This document shows, piece after piece, positions 11,301-23,557 of a stretch of 40,706 nt of DNA. The DNA is from Octopus bimaculoides. Lineage: Eukaryota. The stretch's first letter is position 1; every line of letters begins with the position of its first letter. The notes under the pieces are model-generated. The model was given only the letters and a program-made list of their open reading frames with translations, did not search any database and was not told the origin of the DNA. Made by a program: the position numbers and the translations under genes. Location of the stretch: assembly GCF_001194135.2 (NCBI RefSeq), contig NC_068993.1:3341850-3382555 (forward strand), given 5' to 3'.

Positions 11301-12374
11301 AGACACATATGTGTGTGTGTGTGTAAGCAGAAATAGTAATGTTAAAATATATAAGAAGTCGATCTGGAGAATAATGATTGTAAAGTATGAGACATACGAT
11401 CTGAATAACATAGAGACTAACGATGAAGTGAGGACAGACAGGTTATTCCGATGGCCAGAATGGAGATGATATGCTGCTTGCTAATTCAGAAGAACAGAGG
11501 TCATTGTAATTGCAGTTTTGAGGCGTCACTTGAGTGAGATTGCTAGTAGTAACGTAGGTTATGTAACTTCTAAAGACTCGTTTGGCTAGAGTTAAGTGTT
11601 GTAGGGTAAAAACCAGTTTCATATACGCACGAAATAAGAAGATATGTTGAGATGTCAATAATAATCTCAAGAAACGAATGACTTAGACAAATCAAATAAA
11701 AATTGATACAAACGCTAAGAGAAAGAAATAGAAACAGCAACGAACACGAACTAGATATACGCGAGAGTCTGATAAGACATTTACTGTAACAGTTTACCCT
11801 ACGATTTGTTTAACACAATAATTTTTCCCCCCTTTACGCCGTTGCATTTTGTGTTTTCGTTTTTCTTTCTCCCTTTTACTATAGCACCAGTTTATATATT
11901 CTCTATTTATTAGCCCCACAAATATAGAGAGAACATGATTGCCTTTTTATGTTCTGTTGCTATTTGTAAAAGATTTATATTCGAATTCTTTGTGGCATTT
12001 ATATAGATATGCTTCTACAGATTTTATAGTTTTCTGCTTATACCGAAACCTTTTTTTCCTTTGCTTTCTTTTGCTCCAAGTTATGTCAAATATAACTGTT
12101 CTGCATCTAAATGCTGCCAATATTCTTTCTGATATTTCTCTTTTTATAATATTGCTCTAGCTTTAAAGATATAGCTTACATTAATGATAAACTTAGTATA
12201 TTAATGTTTTGCTGTAGTTTATTAATTCTACACTAACCGTACTGATAATGACTTCTGTTTTGTTGTCTTGCATTCATTTCACTCTTCAGTGTTTCTTTCT
12301 AATCTTCTGCTGTTCATTCCTTTCTCCTCTCAACTTGTCTTAGTGATATAACGCAAATGAGAATCCTTCAGTAA

Positions 12375-12640
12375 CACCACCACTGCTACTACTACTAGAA
12401 CCAGCACCACTCCACCTCCTGCTGCTGCTGCTGCTGCTGCTGCTACTACTACTGCTACTACTTCACCCTTCCTCTCATTGTCATGTTCTCTTCCCATCAC
12501 TCCTCATTCTCTCCATCTTCCATTTTTGCATTCCCTTTTCTCCTTCATGTCCCCTTCCGATTATTCCTCCATCTCATCTTCTTCTTCTCCTCCTCCCCCT
12601 TCTTTCCTTCCTCATCCTCGCCCTCATCTATTTTCTTTTT
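12375..12640. repeat. Compound trinucleotide tract (CCA/CTA/GCT) running into a polypyrimidine CT-rich tract
   Basis: Visible (CTG)n and (CTA)n runs, then a CT-rich segment at ~12470-12640. Confidence 0.9.
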
Positions 12641-12847
12641 GCTTGACATCTGACTGAGTAGAATGCCGGAATATATACTCCATATTCGCGATACGCTGTC
12701 AGTATGAGATTTCGCATAACACCAAGGTAGAATTCAGCTTCCAATCTTGCATGGCAGAACTATGGTACCATTGAAGAACTCAGGTAGATTTAATGCACTT
12801 ATCAGTATTTAAATATTTAAGAGAGCCACAAAATTTTTATTCCTTAC

Positions 12848-12869
12848 GTTTGTTTCAGGGATCTTCTTC
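12848..12869 (-). CDS. Candidate 22-bp micro-exon (unverified)
   Basis: Acceptor AAATTTCACAG, exon GAAGAAGATCCCTGAAACAAAC, donor AAC|GTAAGG. Joins in frame to the 17843-17881 candidate. Confidence 0.25.
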
Positions 12870-13654
12870 CTGTGAAATTTATCTAATAATGTCGATGGTT
12901 GAGCAGTCATTACCTATTTATGTTCCTGTGGGTAGCCAGCTTGTCATATGTCTTGATATGTTTCAAATTAGATTTCGTTAGATATCTAGAAACCAGAAAG
13001 AAAAGGACGAACTGGATTGACCCGCCAGATTGCTGTTAATAATGCACAATGTGTCACATTCATGGCGCTGTGCTGATAAAATTTTATATGTCAGGAAAAT
13101 AGGGAAGCAAAGAGTTGATTAATCAACCGCAAGTTGTGTGTGATAGAAGCTATATGTGAGCCAATGTTGGAAACATGGAAGTAGAAAATTATAAAAAACG
13201 AAATAGAAAGTTGTAGGTTCAGGTGGCAAAACAAATTGTTCGCACAGATTTTATGTCAAGCAACCAAAAGAACAAAATAGGATAAATAAGACTGGCTGAA
13301 GAATAGAAGAGAAAAGAGAGGAATTAAATTACCTGGATAAATTGGCACCATACAGTATATATAACTTATTCAGTATAGGAGACCATATACATGGTTAGAA
13401 TAAAATTTAAAGTTTATGTAGATAATAAATTGTAGCACCACCAACCAGAAGGGGTAATTGAAACGAGCTGGAGTAAGATGCTATGTGATTCATTCGAGTA
13501 AAGATCTAGGAAATCAGGGGTGCAGAGAATTCATGTTTAAATCGTTTCCTGCAAGTCATAAATTCATTGAAACTGCACGAAGATGGAAGTTATCAAGGTA
13601 AGCTGACATGTTAATATACAAACACTGCCGTGCCAAAGACAATTTTCAAAAGTC

Positions 13655-13745
13655 GACTGCGGCGGAATTTGAGCTTAAAATATGAAGACGGACGAAATGT
13701 CACTAAGCATTTTGCTTGGCGTGCTAACAATTCTGCCAGCGTGCG
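13655..13745 (-). mobile_element. SINE family B, 5' portion
   Basis: AAAGTCGACTGCGGCGGAATTTGAGC...AAGCATTTTGCTTGGCGTGCTAACAATTCTGCCAGC is the reverse complement of the family B head. Confidence 0.8.
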
Positions 13746-14536
13746 GCAAGGATAATGATGGGAGGAGGAGGAGGAGATAGAGAAAAGTAGAGGAGGGGGA
13801 GGAGGGGAAGCAGAATGAGTAAGAGGAAAACTGAAGGAGGGCGACAAGAAAAACTAGCTATAAAGCAAACGATTGAAGAAATAAAGAAGGAAACTGGAAA
13901 ATGCTAGTTCTATCGGTGCTACAAAATGGCCGTCGGTAAAATATGGCAAACTATTTGTAAAATATTCATTCATTTCTGTGGATTTTTCAAATTTTATAAA
14001 TTTAATTTAATGTATATATTAAATGTTTAGCCTTAATGAACCACGAGGTTTAACAATATTAATTAAGGAGCTGGGAAAGAAAGAACAACAGCAACAAAGT
14101 CAGAAATAATTAACGATATGCAAAATAACAAATAAAAAAATATATATTGAAGAAAAAACACAAAAACAGACATGTGTATGTATGCGTGTGCATCAGTGCA
14201 TGCGCATATATATAAATACTTACATAGACGTGTATGTGTGTGCTCGTGTGTGTGTGTGTATGATCCAAAAAACAAAGTGAGATCATTAAAGAAAATAAGT
14301 ACATGATCATGATGATGATAAGAATGATAATAATGATAATAGTCATAATAATAGAAGGACGGGGTAGAGGAAGCGAAGAAGAAGAAAATAACATTAATAA
14401 TGATAATACATGTATATACATATATACATAAACTGCTGGGAAGTTTGCGTTTCTGCGTAACTTTATGAATGTGTATTACATATACATCTATGTACATATA
14501 TTTATATGTATGTGCATAAATATATGTTCATATGTA

Positions 14537-14601
<65 letters not shown>

Positions 14602-15215
14602 NNNNNNNNNNNNNNNNNNNNNNNNNNNNNNNNNNNNNNNNNNNNNNNNNNNNNNNNNNNNNNNNNNNNNNNNNNNNNNNNNNNNNNNNNNNNNNNNNNN
14701 NNNNNNNNNNNNNNNNNNNNNNNNNNNNNNNNNNNNNNNNNNNNNNNNNNNNNNNNNNNNNNNNNNNNNNNNNNNNNNNNNNNNNNNNNNNNNNNNNNNN
14801 NNNNNNNNNNNNNNNNNNNNNNNNNNNNNNNNNNNNNNNNNNNNNNNNNNNNNNNNNNNNNNNNNNNNNNNNNNNNNNNNNNNNNNNNNNNNNNNNNNNN
14901 NNNNNNNNNNNNNNNNNNNNNNNNNNNNNNNNNNNNNNNNNNNNNNNNNNNNNNNNNNNNNNNNNNNNNNNNNNNNNNNNNNNNNNNNNNNNNNNNNNNN
15001 NNNNNNNNNNNNNNNNNNNNNNNNNNNNNNNNNNNNNNNNNNNNNNNNNNNNNNNNNNNNNNNNNNNNNNNNNNNNNNNNNNNNNNNNNNNNNNNNNNNN
15101 NNNNNNNNNNNNNNNNNNNNNNNNNNNNNNNNNNNNNNNNNNNNNNNNNNNNNNNNNNNNNNNNNNNNNNNNNNNNNNNNNNNNNNNNNNNNNNNNNNNN
15201 NNNNNNNNNNNNNNN
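14602..15215. other. Assembly gap (N run), preceded by (TA)n. Other gaps: 1017-1158, 3915-3955, 26171-26354, 28607-28706, 33007-33016, 36871-36880
   Basis: N characters in the sequence; most gaps abut (TA)n tracts. Confidence 0.99.
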
Positions 15216-15859
15216 TGTGTTGAATATTCATCTCATTAGTGACTATTTATTTATAATAGAATCTTCAATCAAGATGTCACTAAAAGAAGAAAAATGAAAC
15301 AAAGAATGTGGAACCTCCCACCCCAGAATAAAATAACAGCAACAACAATTATATAATCTCTTACAACTTTTCCTTCACGGAATGAATTGGTGATTGAAAT
15401 TTTTTTGCAAAAGAAATAAAAAGCAAAAATATATAATCTCATTATTTAAATGCTGGGCGTGATGAAAGTACTTTAAACTAGTCTAGTTCAATCTCTGCCT
15501 CTAAATATATCTGTCCGTTTGTCTTTCTATCAGTTTATTTACCTATCTTTCCATTGGTCAGATCTAACTGTTTATTTTACTTGTCAAATTGTCAATCTGT
15601 CTGTATATTCAAGCGCCTCTATATTGTATACGCTATTTATTTATTTCTCGTCAATATATATGTTTATCTCTTGAACAATTTATTCTATAAATCTGTCGTT
15701 ATGTACCTTTTTTTATCCGTCTTATCTCTCACGAAGTGCTTTTACGTTATTATATATATATATATATATATATATACCTACATACACATATATGTATACA
15801 TACATAACATAAATACATACTTATATACAAATATGTGTGCATGTTTGTGTATATTTCTG

Positions 15860-15918
<59 letters not shown>

Positions 15919-17842
15919 TGGTATATTTTGTTGTTAAGAACGTAGTAGGAGGGTACAGTATAAAACTCATCCACCTTCAGATTTACTCTGTGCTATCGAG
16001 TAGTAGTATTGTACATACTTCCAGACCTGCGTTTGGGCTTCTGTCATGTGTGAATAGATAATTGGGAAAATTGGAGTCAACAAGAGAGGGCATGGTTGGA
16101 GATCTATATTTTAATCACTACAACTGTTTTGATACAATGTAGTGCTCCAGGAGTGCAGGTACCTGATTATGCAACTGTTTGCCTGCATTATGAGTTCTAG
16201 TTGTGATTCCTCAGGTGATATGTGAATAACAAAAATATGTAAATAACGAAAAGAGACACAATATGGGTCACAAAAGCATAGATAGTGACCCTGAGAGTTA
16301 TAGTCGGATTCAAACAAAAGCTACAAAAAAAAATCAATGAAACAAGTTGTAACATCAAAAACACTTTAGACACTGTTAATCATCCATAGCATCACAAAAA
16401 AACAAAACAAATAATCACCAAATAATGACAAAAATGATAAGCGTGCAAATAATTGCAGCTGTCGCAGGAAATCTGCATGTTCGCTCAGGAACCGATGCAT
16501 GCAAAAAAAAATTCATATACAAATGCACAATCACCAAACAAGAACACGTACACACATAGGAGCGTCCGAAAACCAATTGAAGGTTATCGCAACCATATCT
16601 TCCTGTTGTTAGTTTAAGTTTATTTTGTCCCATCACATGTCACAGCACTTCTAACACGATGTGTATACGAGCCGTCAACCGTTTACATTATTGACAGTAA
16701 CGCTTATATTTCCTTGGAATGATATATTTTGTAGGTTCAAGATGAAAGATTTTCCTAATGTGAGGTCAGTGTGACCCAAGAAAACTGAAATTGCCCCCCC
16801 CCCCAAAGAACAACAAGAGCATCGGCGATGGAATCAAGCCTGTAAAATGCAATCAAAAACAAAAACTAACAACAGCAGCAGTAATAACAACAATGATGAC
16901 GACGACGACAATGACAACAACAACAACATTATAAATACAAACATGGCCGAAGTTAATTTGTGTTACGTTGCAAAGATTACATTTTTGAAATTTTTTTGTT
17001 TCTTCAATTTGTTTTCCTTTTGCAATTTTCCTTCTATTTTGAATTGAGAACAATACCAGATGGCATGATTTATTAGACGTTATTGAAATATTTTACAACA
17101 ACAAAGGCAACAACAACAACTGCAGCACAGCAGTAGTGACACTACATGAGCAACAGCATCCGAAAATTTCGTCTCTAGAAAAATACATTTTCTAAATAGA
17201 AACCGCTTCGTCCTGGAATTCTATTTTTGCAAATTGAAACACCCAATAAGAATGCTATGTTTAGCATGCAATCAATGCACTTGAGTTCACATTGGTGGAG
17301 AATTCGTCAAGTTTTCATTCTGTTCGTTATCACTTTCTCTTCTGTTTTTGTTTTAAAATTTTCGCGTGTCTTTCAAATATGAAAACAATTTGGAGCTTTC
17401 AAAAAAGTCTCTATCATTGTTTTGTATGAAGCAGATTTGCAGCTTATATTTACAATGTAAAGAGATAGAATGTTCGCTCAGATTTTTACTTGTTTTCAGT
17501 AAACTTCCAGCAACTTGATGCATGACGCAAGCCACTACTGAAGAAAACCCAAATGGATGGCTATTAAAATATGAGAATAGGATTGCCCTTGTGGACAAGC
17601 GACTCCTAAGACAGCCTAGAGTTGATCGAAATATTGAGTAGAGGGAAACTATGCCGAAATAATTTGAAATGGCTGTACATATTTCTTGAGTCGAAGATAC
17701 ATGCATACATTCATGAACATATATACGTACTCACACATGCATCCATACAGGTAAAAAATTGTGCCTCGGGCCATTAACTCATTGACTGAATCGTAAAGGA
17801 GCTGTCTTGACATTCGACGTGTTTTAAACATTGAGGACTTAC

Positions 17843-17881
17843 GTTCGATTTCATCCAGAAGTGCTGGTTTGGGGCAAGAAG
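17843..17881 (-). CDS. Candidate 39-bp micro-exon (unverified)
   Basis: Strong acceptor TTCTTCTCTTTCTGTAG and donor AAC|GTAAGT. Length is a multiple of 3; phase-1 reading SCPKPALLDEIE, phase-0 reading LLAPNQHFWMKSN. Confidence 0.3.
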
Positions 17882-19029
17882 CTACAGAAAGAGAAGAACT
17901 GAAACTAAGTACAGGAATTGTCCTTTATTTATTGTCTTCGGAACGACGAAAATTACAGCTGATTTGAATAAGGTTTGAAAGCAGAAAGCCGGAATGATTA
18001 CCCGGAATGAGTACCACACGGCTGTTGGACACTCTTTATGGTTGTATGCCTATCTGTATGAATGTATGCATGCTTGTATGTAATGTTGTATGTATTTTTG
18101 TATCCATGTATAAATGTATATGCGTTTCTATGTATATATGCAGGTCTTTTTGTATGTATGTAGTTTTGTAAATAGCTGTGTGTATGCATGAATGTTTGTA
18201 TGTATGTATTTTTGTATGCATGTGTGTTTACATGTATCTAAGTATACATATGTATGTGTAACTTTATATCAATGTGTATGCATGCATACAAAATTATATG
18301 TTAGTCTCACAAATTACTTTCTCTACAAACTCCTCCAATTCATTTACATCAACGAACTTACTGTCTGCCAGGTCCCCACCTCAACACTAAATATCGATTT
18401 CATTCTTTGTAAAAATAAAAATCAAATATTTATAGGGGAGAAATGTATTCGCTTAATTCGATCTTCTTTTATGAATGATAATGATTTATCGATTGCTGGA
18501 AGACAAAAGTAAAGTCAAAGTTAATGAGATATGAATTGGTAATGCAGCGAATGTTACAAAATGTAATTAAATATTATAATGCATATAATACGACTTTTTA
18601 CCGTTTGTCCTTGCACTACCCAAGAACTTAAAATGTTTTCCCTTTCTACTGGAATATCCTCTATTTACCTTTGCCTCAACATTTACAAATATTAGCACCT
18701 GAGATTAACAAGTAGGAGTATGTCCGTTGCGCAACCCCACCGCTTTGTTAGGAAATCTAGAAAAATATTTGCTAATGTATTAACTAAACAATTAATGGAC
18801 GAAATCAAAAGGAAACTTTTTCCCTACATTGGTCAGCTCCTGAATCTATTTTCCTCTGTTTGCTAAGAACTATTGCAAACATGGGATTTTGTTTACATGC
18901 ACTCATGTTTGTTAACAATTTCATACAGCATTTCTTATATAGCGTCACTGATTTTGGATTCGCCCGTTTACAATAACGAATTATATTGCATATTCAGTAA
19001 AGCTGCTAGGCTACTTCATATGCATATAA

Positions 19030-19238
19030 TCCTACAGGCATAAGGTTTGAAATTTGGTGGGACGGGGCTTAATCGAGACTATCGACTCAGGCATGCAACT
19101 GGTACTTATTTTATCAATCCGGAAAAAAAAAACAGAATGAGCCGCAAAGTCTGCCTGCGCGGAATTTGAAATCAGAATGTAAAGATTGACTAAATGTTGC
19201 TAAGCATTTTGTATGGCATGCTATCACTTCTGTCAGCT
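19030..19238 (-). mobile_element. SINE family B
   Basis: Reverse-complement match: GGCATAAGGTTTGAAATTT..., AACTGGTACTTATTTTATC, GGAATTTGAAATCAGAATG, CTAAGCATTTTG...TTCTGTCAGC. Confidence 0.8.
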
Positions 19239-19419
19239 TATACACACACACACACACACACATACACACACATATATATATATTTACGCATGTACACATA
19301 CACACCCCCTCATTGTAGCAGTCTCTGTTGCCTGTATATAAGTAGCGATTGAGTGGTGAGAATGAGATTAGTATAGTATACTAAAGACCAAAAACTGTTA
19401 CAATATTACGTTGTCGGTG

Positions 19420-20010
19420 GTTTTTCCTTTATAAATAAACTGTCAAATTGCAGTTTTATATTTCTGGTCATTGATTAACGTTTGTTGATCGATACATACA
19501 GTTTTTTTCCCCAATAGAAAGCATAAAGCATATATACCATCTTCTTCATATCACAAAAGACCAGGATGATTTGATTATTTGAAAATGTTAAAATCAGTCA
19601 TGTAATGTTGTTTGAATTATAATTAATTCTAAATATATGCTAATGAGGTAATAAAGACTTATTAAAGTGGAATGCGTACAATTTTAAATAGTATCATTTT
19701 CATTCATTTGTTAATTATTTTACAAAATCAAAGCAAAAATGTTCATGGGAACAATGCGTAATTCCGGTACCTATAATATTAACGGAAGTTATGAAAATCT
19801 CCCGTTGAGTGTGACGCTAATCTGTACAATAGACATTTTTTTGATTGTAAATATAACATTACTCTTCGTCTGAGAACAACGGATAGTCAGGTCGTATGGG
19901 TGGCAAAAAAGTTCATATATTGACGTTTCAAGTACATATTTCTGTAAGATATCCTGACTTAATAATTCAATACTATTATCTCTCAAGTTCAATTGTTGCA
20001 ATTTATCGAC
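19420..20010 (-). pseudogene. Possible decayed LRR-receptor pseudogene (Toll-like or LGR/GRL101-like)
   Basis: KLQQLNLRDNSIELLSQDIL (20004-19945) fits LxxLxLxxNxIxxL. It is followed by CHPYD and NQKNVYCTD (LRRCT-like), a hydrophobic stretch, RRWYICF and weak TIR-like words, spread over different frames with stops. Confidence 0.33.
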
Positions 20011-21699
20011 TGATCTGTGTTGATACAACAGGTGCCAAAGTAATCTGTACCGCCTACCTACTTTGTGAAATTACGTGTTGTTTGTTGTGCAGGTATCACT
20101 GCATTTTCATTCCCATTAAAATAACCGAGGACAAGTCAAAATTCTATCGACAGAAAATCGAAGATAGACACACGAAGTAAGATAAGAAATACTCAAACAA
20201 ATTTATCGTCGGACTCTTTAGACGAGTGGTTCTGTGTTACCAGCACCGATTCATAATGACCCTATGTAAAAACACAACTGGACACAATAGATATATTCAA
20301 GTCCAGTTATTGTCCTTCATGTTAATTGCTCTACACGTCTTTCCCTAGGATTTTTATTCATATTTTTAGCTTACATCGTTATTTTTCTAATCATAGCTTG
20401 TTTATCACCCATTACCACTTATACTCTTTTTTCTCTCGCTTTCTCTTCTCCTTTCTTTCATACACTCTCAACTTGTCTCTCGCCTTTTCTAACTCCCTCT
20501 ATTTTTCTTACAACTGTCTTCTTCTGATTCTCATCACACATTTCTAACACTTCGGACTAGCAACATTTATTCACAATGTCTCCTTGTCAGTAATTGTACA
20601 AAAGTACTTTTCTAATTTTCTTCTGAGCTTAGTGTACTCTGTTTTCCGTCTTATTTTTTAAAATTTATGTTAAATTTCAGGCGTCCGCTAAAACTTGTGA
20701 GCAGTCTTATGAAATCTGGCCTTGAAGCTGACATGTACAGTCACCTCTGATGTTGCTCAAATCTATAACCACCGGCCTACATTTTGGATTTTCAAAGCTT
20801 TTGTTTAACCCTAGATCGATGACTTTCTGAATCAGCCCTGCCAAAAAAATCGATCCCAACCAACCAAGTGCTAAATATACGGGTATTGAAGAAATACATG
20901 TTAAATCACGATGGTCCTCATTATTCTTGCATCTTTAATAAGTTATGCGAGATCGTCCAACGGCGTAAATGCTTTAATACCAACATCAGAGCACATACAT
21001 TAATACCATGCGAAATGAAGGGGAATATTTTAAATGTTGATAATCCAGGACTCTTCCACTTCTTGTTCTGGACATTTCTGCTTTGCCTCTCAGGTATTTC
21101 CTTTCTTGGATTCATTTGAAAATCCCCACCATATATCATGCAGAGACCTTTTAATAAAGCTCCCTGAGTACATTGCTTGTATTGTCTCCATCAGAAATGT
21201 CTTCGTAGAGTTATTCAGTTAGTTTGCCTCATTCCTTCTTAATCCTTTATATTGAAGTATGACAGTCATGAACTCGCTTTTGTCCTTCCAAAGAACAATG
21301 AAATTGGATTGCGGAGCATTAATTGTCGCTATCGTGGCTATTGCTCCTGTTGCTTTTGTTTGCTTTTGTATATTCTATTATGACCGAAGTTGTTGTATCA
21401 GTTGGTGCTCTACATTTTATTTAAGTTCCTGATCTACCTTATTTTACTGTTTCACTGCTAACGGTGCTACTGGATTATCATGTCTCATCTCTCTTCAAAT
21501 CTATGATGCATGTACCTGACGGGTATCAGATGGGTAGTTATGATGAGTATATTGGGTTTCGTATATTTGTACTCTAGTGTCATTTTGGATGCAATCTGAA
21601 TCTTATTGCTTGACGTTTCCTAACCTTGAAACCACAGCTGACATCGCATACACACCATTTTCTGACAATACCTGAATGGCTCACGAAAAGGAAAAACAT

Positions 21700-21925
21700 C
21701 ACTATGGAATAACAACAGAAAAAAGATGGTACAGGTACACGCCAGAAATGGTCACAGAAAGTGAGAAAGCAACCATACTATGGGATATGCCAATACACAC
21801 ATATAGATAAATTAGGCCGGATATAGTTGTCAGAGATTAGTAAGAAAAAAGATTTCTTTCTAATCAGGATATCGACATTAACTGGTGACAATGTTTTTCT
21901 AAAAGAAACAAAGAAGCTTTCTAAT
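21700..21925 (+). mobile_element. R4/Dong-clade RLE-region fragment with stops and a frameshift
   Basis: HYGITTEKRWYRYTPEMVTESEKATILWDMPIHTYR*IRPDIVVRD** then FFLIRISTLTGDNVFLKETKKLS. Matches WYxHxPExVxENxKAxILWDxxIxTDxxxxxNRPDIVV...LIDxxxPxDxNxxxKExEK. Confidence 0.85.
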
Positions 21926-22220
21926 TAGAAGAATCTGGAACTAGAGATGAAAATAAGTGCATCACAACAAACCACAGCACATAACCAAGACACACAGAAC
22001 TGTGCTCGGTAGGGCAGTGAAAGTACGTGATAAAAATAAGACTACTGAATAACAACAACAACAATAATAATAATAATGGGAAGAAGAAGAAAAAGAAGAG
22101 GAATAACAATTGAATAAAAATAACTAAAACAAGAACAAAAACGTAAAGAAAATGTTTACAAATACTTTGAAACCCCCCACCCCCAATAACAATGAGAGAA
22201 TAGACTCAGCAGGATGGTGA

Positions 22221-22496
22221 AAATGGTTAGATGGATATCTGTGTATTACTCTTAACTCTGTTCTTGATGCTGAATCGTATTTAAGAAGGATTTGCGGCGA
22301 AGCAAGGATTATTTACAGAAGGAAATGCTCTGTGTCAGATCATGATAGGATTAAGAAAAAGCTATTGTCGGTTATGGTAAAATGTGGTGAAACGTGTCGC
22401 TTTCCGGCACTGCTGGAATACTCCATTGTATCACATCTACTTGAATATAATGCGAGAGATTTATTTGAAACCCAGACTCTGTTGATGTGTATTTAG
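22221..22496 (+). mobile_element. LINE post-RT fragment (RTE-like, CR1-like less likely); 91-codon stop-to-stop open frame
   Basis: GYLCITLNSVLDAESYLRRICGEARIIYRRK...KKKLLSVMVKCGET resembles YLGSxI...EIRRRIxxARxxF...KxRLL...YGCETW. No usable early start codon. Confidence 0.45.
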
Positions 22497-22993
22497 TTAT
22501 CACTAGGCATATAAAACCTAAGAGGTTACATCGAACACTTGCTCAATTCAAGATGATATTGACAAAACTAATCTTGTCTTATCGAAGTATATCTTATTAC
22601 AGAATTGACAATTCTCAAATAGCTTTTCTTTTGCAACGGACGAAAGAAATATCTCCAAGAGATAGAATGGGTCACACATTTGATTGTTCTGCATGTCATT
22701 TTAAATGCAATTGTGATGTGTACATAGTAGGAAAGGAAAAGAGCAATTTATATTTTAGAAAGCCATCTGTACAAATCCATATGTTTTAAGTCCACTGGTG
22801 CAATTTACAAGATGCAACTGCGAAGTGTTTGATTATAATAACGTTAAAAGCGCATTGTATGAGTAATATTAACAAATAAGTATTGTAATCTAGAAGAATT
22901 AGAAAGCAAAATATGAATGTAGGAAATTATAGATGTAACGAGCTGCTGAAATTGTTCCTCAAATTCATGAGACAGTAGGAATCTAAAAATCTG

Positions 22994-23030
<37 letters not shown>

Positions 23031-23033
<3 letters not shown>

Positions 23034-23090
23034 GGTGCTCGAGTATGGCCGCAGTCAAATGAGTAAAAGAATAAAAGAATATATATAATC
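23031..23090 (+). mobile_element. SINE family A 3' tail remnant
   Basis: GGTGCTCGAGTATGGCCGCAGTCAAATGAGTAAAAGAATAAAAGAAT matches the reverse complement of the tail at 28372-28420. Confidence 0.6.
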
Positions 23091-23428
23091 AATACAAAAT
23101 ATATAATTGTATAAATACAATTATAATAAAGACAGTAATGAGTAGCGCTACATGCTAGAAATAGTCACCGAAGAACCACATTGGCAGGAGCTAAGAGCGA
23201 AGGAAGTGAACAAAAACGATTTTTTAAAAAGGTTTAACCATAGATCGATTTCTAGTTTAGGGATGTAACTCCCTTTACCGTCATCTGTATGGTACAATTC
23301 AATGTACATAATTATAAAGATTTATACATACTCATACGAATATCAAATGTCCACAAGAGCATATACAAAATGTTCACATTTATATACAAGCTAAATGTAA
23401 TTCACGCACATGAATATATTGGATGAAT

Positions 23429-23467
<39 letters not shown>

Positions 23468-23520
23468 CAAGGACGTGTGTGTGTATGTATGTTAGCACAA
23501 AGCGCTCTTATTGAATTTGT

Positions 23521-23556
<36 letters not shown>
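23521..23556. repeat. (GATA)9 microsatellite
   Basis: Direct reading. Confidence 0.95.

Positions 23557-23557
<1 letters not shown>

Noticed and set aside
17499-17640. Strong plus-strand acceptor followed by a 39-aa ORF (MTQATTEENPNGW...)
   Set aside because: All three frames stop shortly after the acceptor; no donor and no homology.
18362-18404. Minus-strand candidate exon MKSIFSVEVGTWQT with GTAAGT donor
   Set aside because: Phase 0 end is incompatible with the WH2-like reading of the next candidate, and the phase-compatible frame contains a stop.
20900-21330. Possible non-LTR pre-RT fragment on minus (HDIW, KWKSPG)
   Set aside because: Only two short motifs; too weak to list as a feature.
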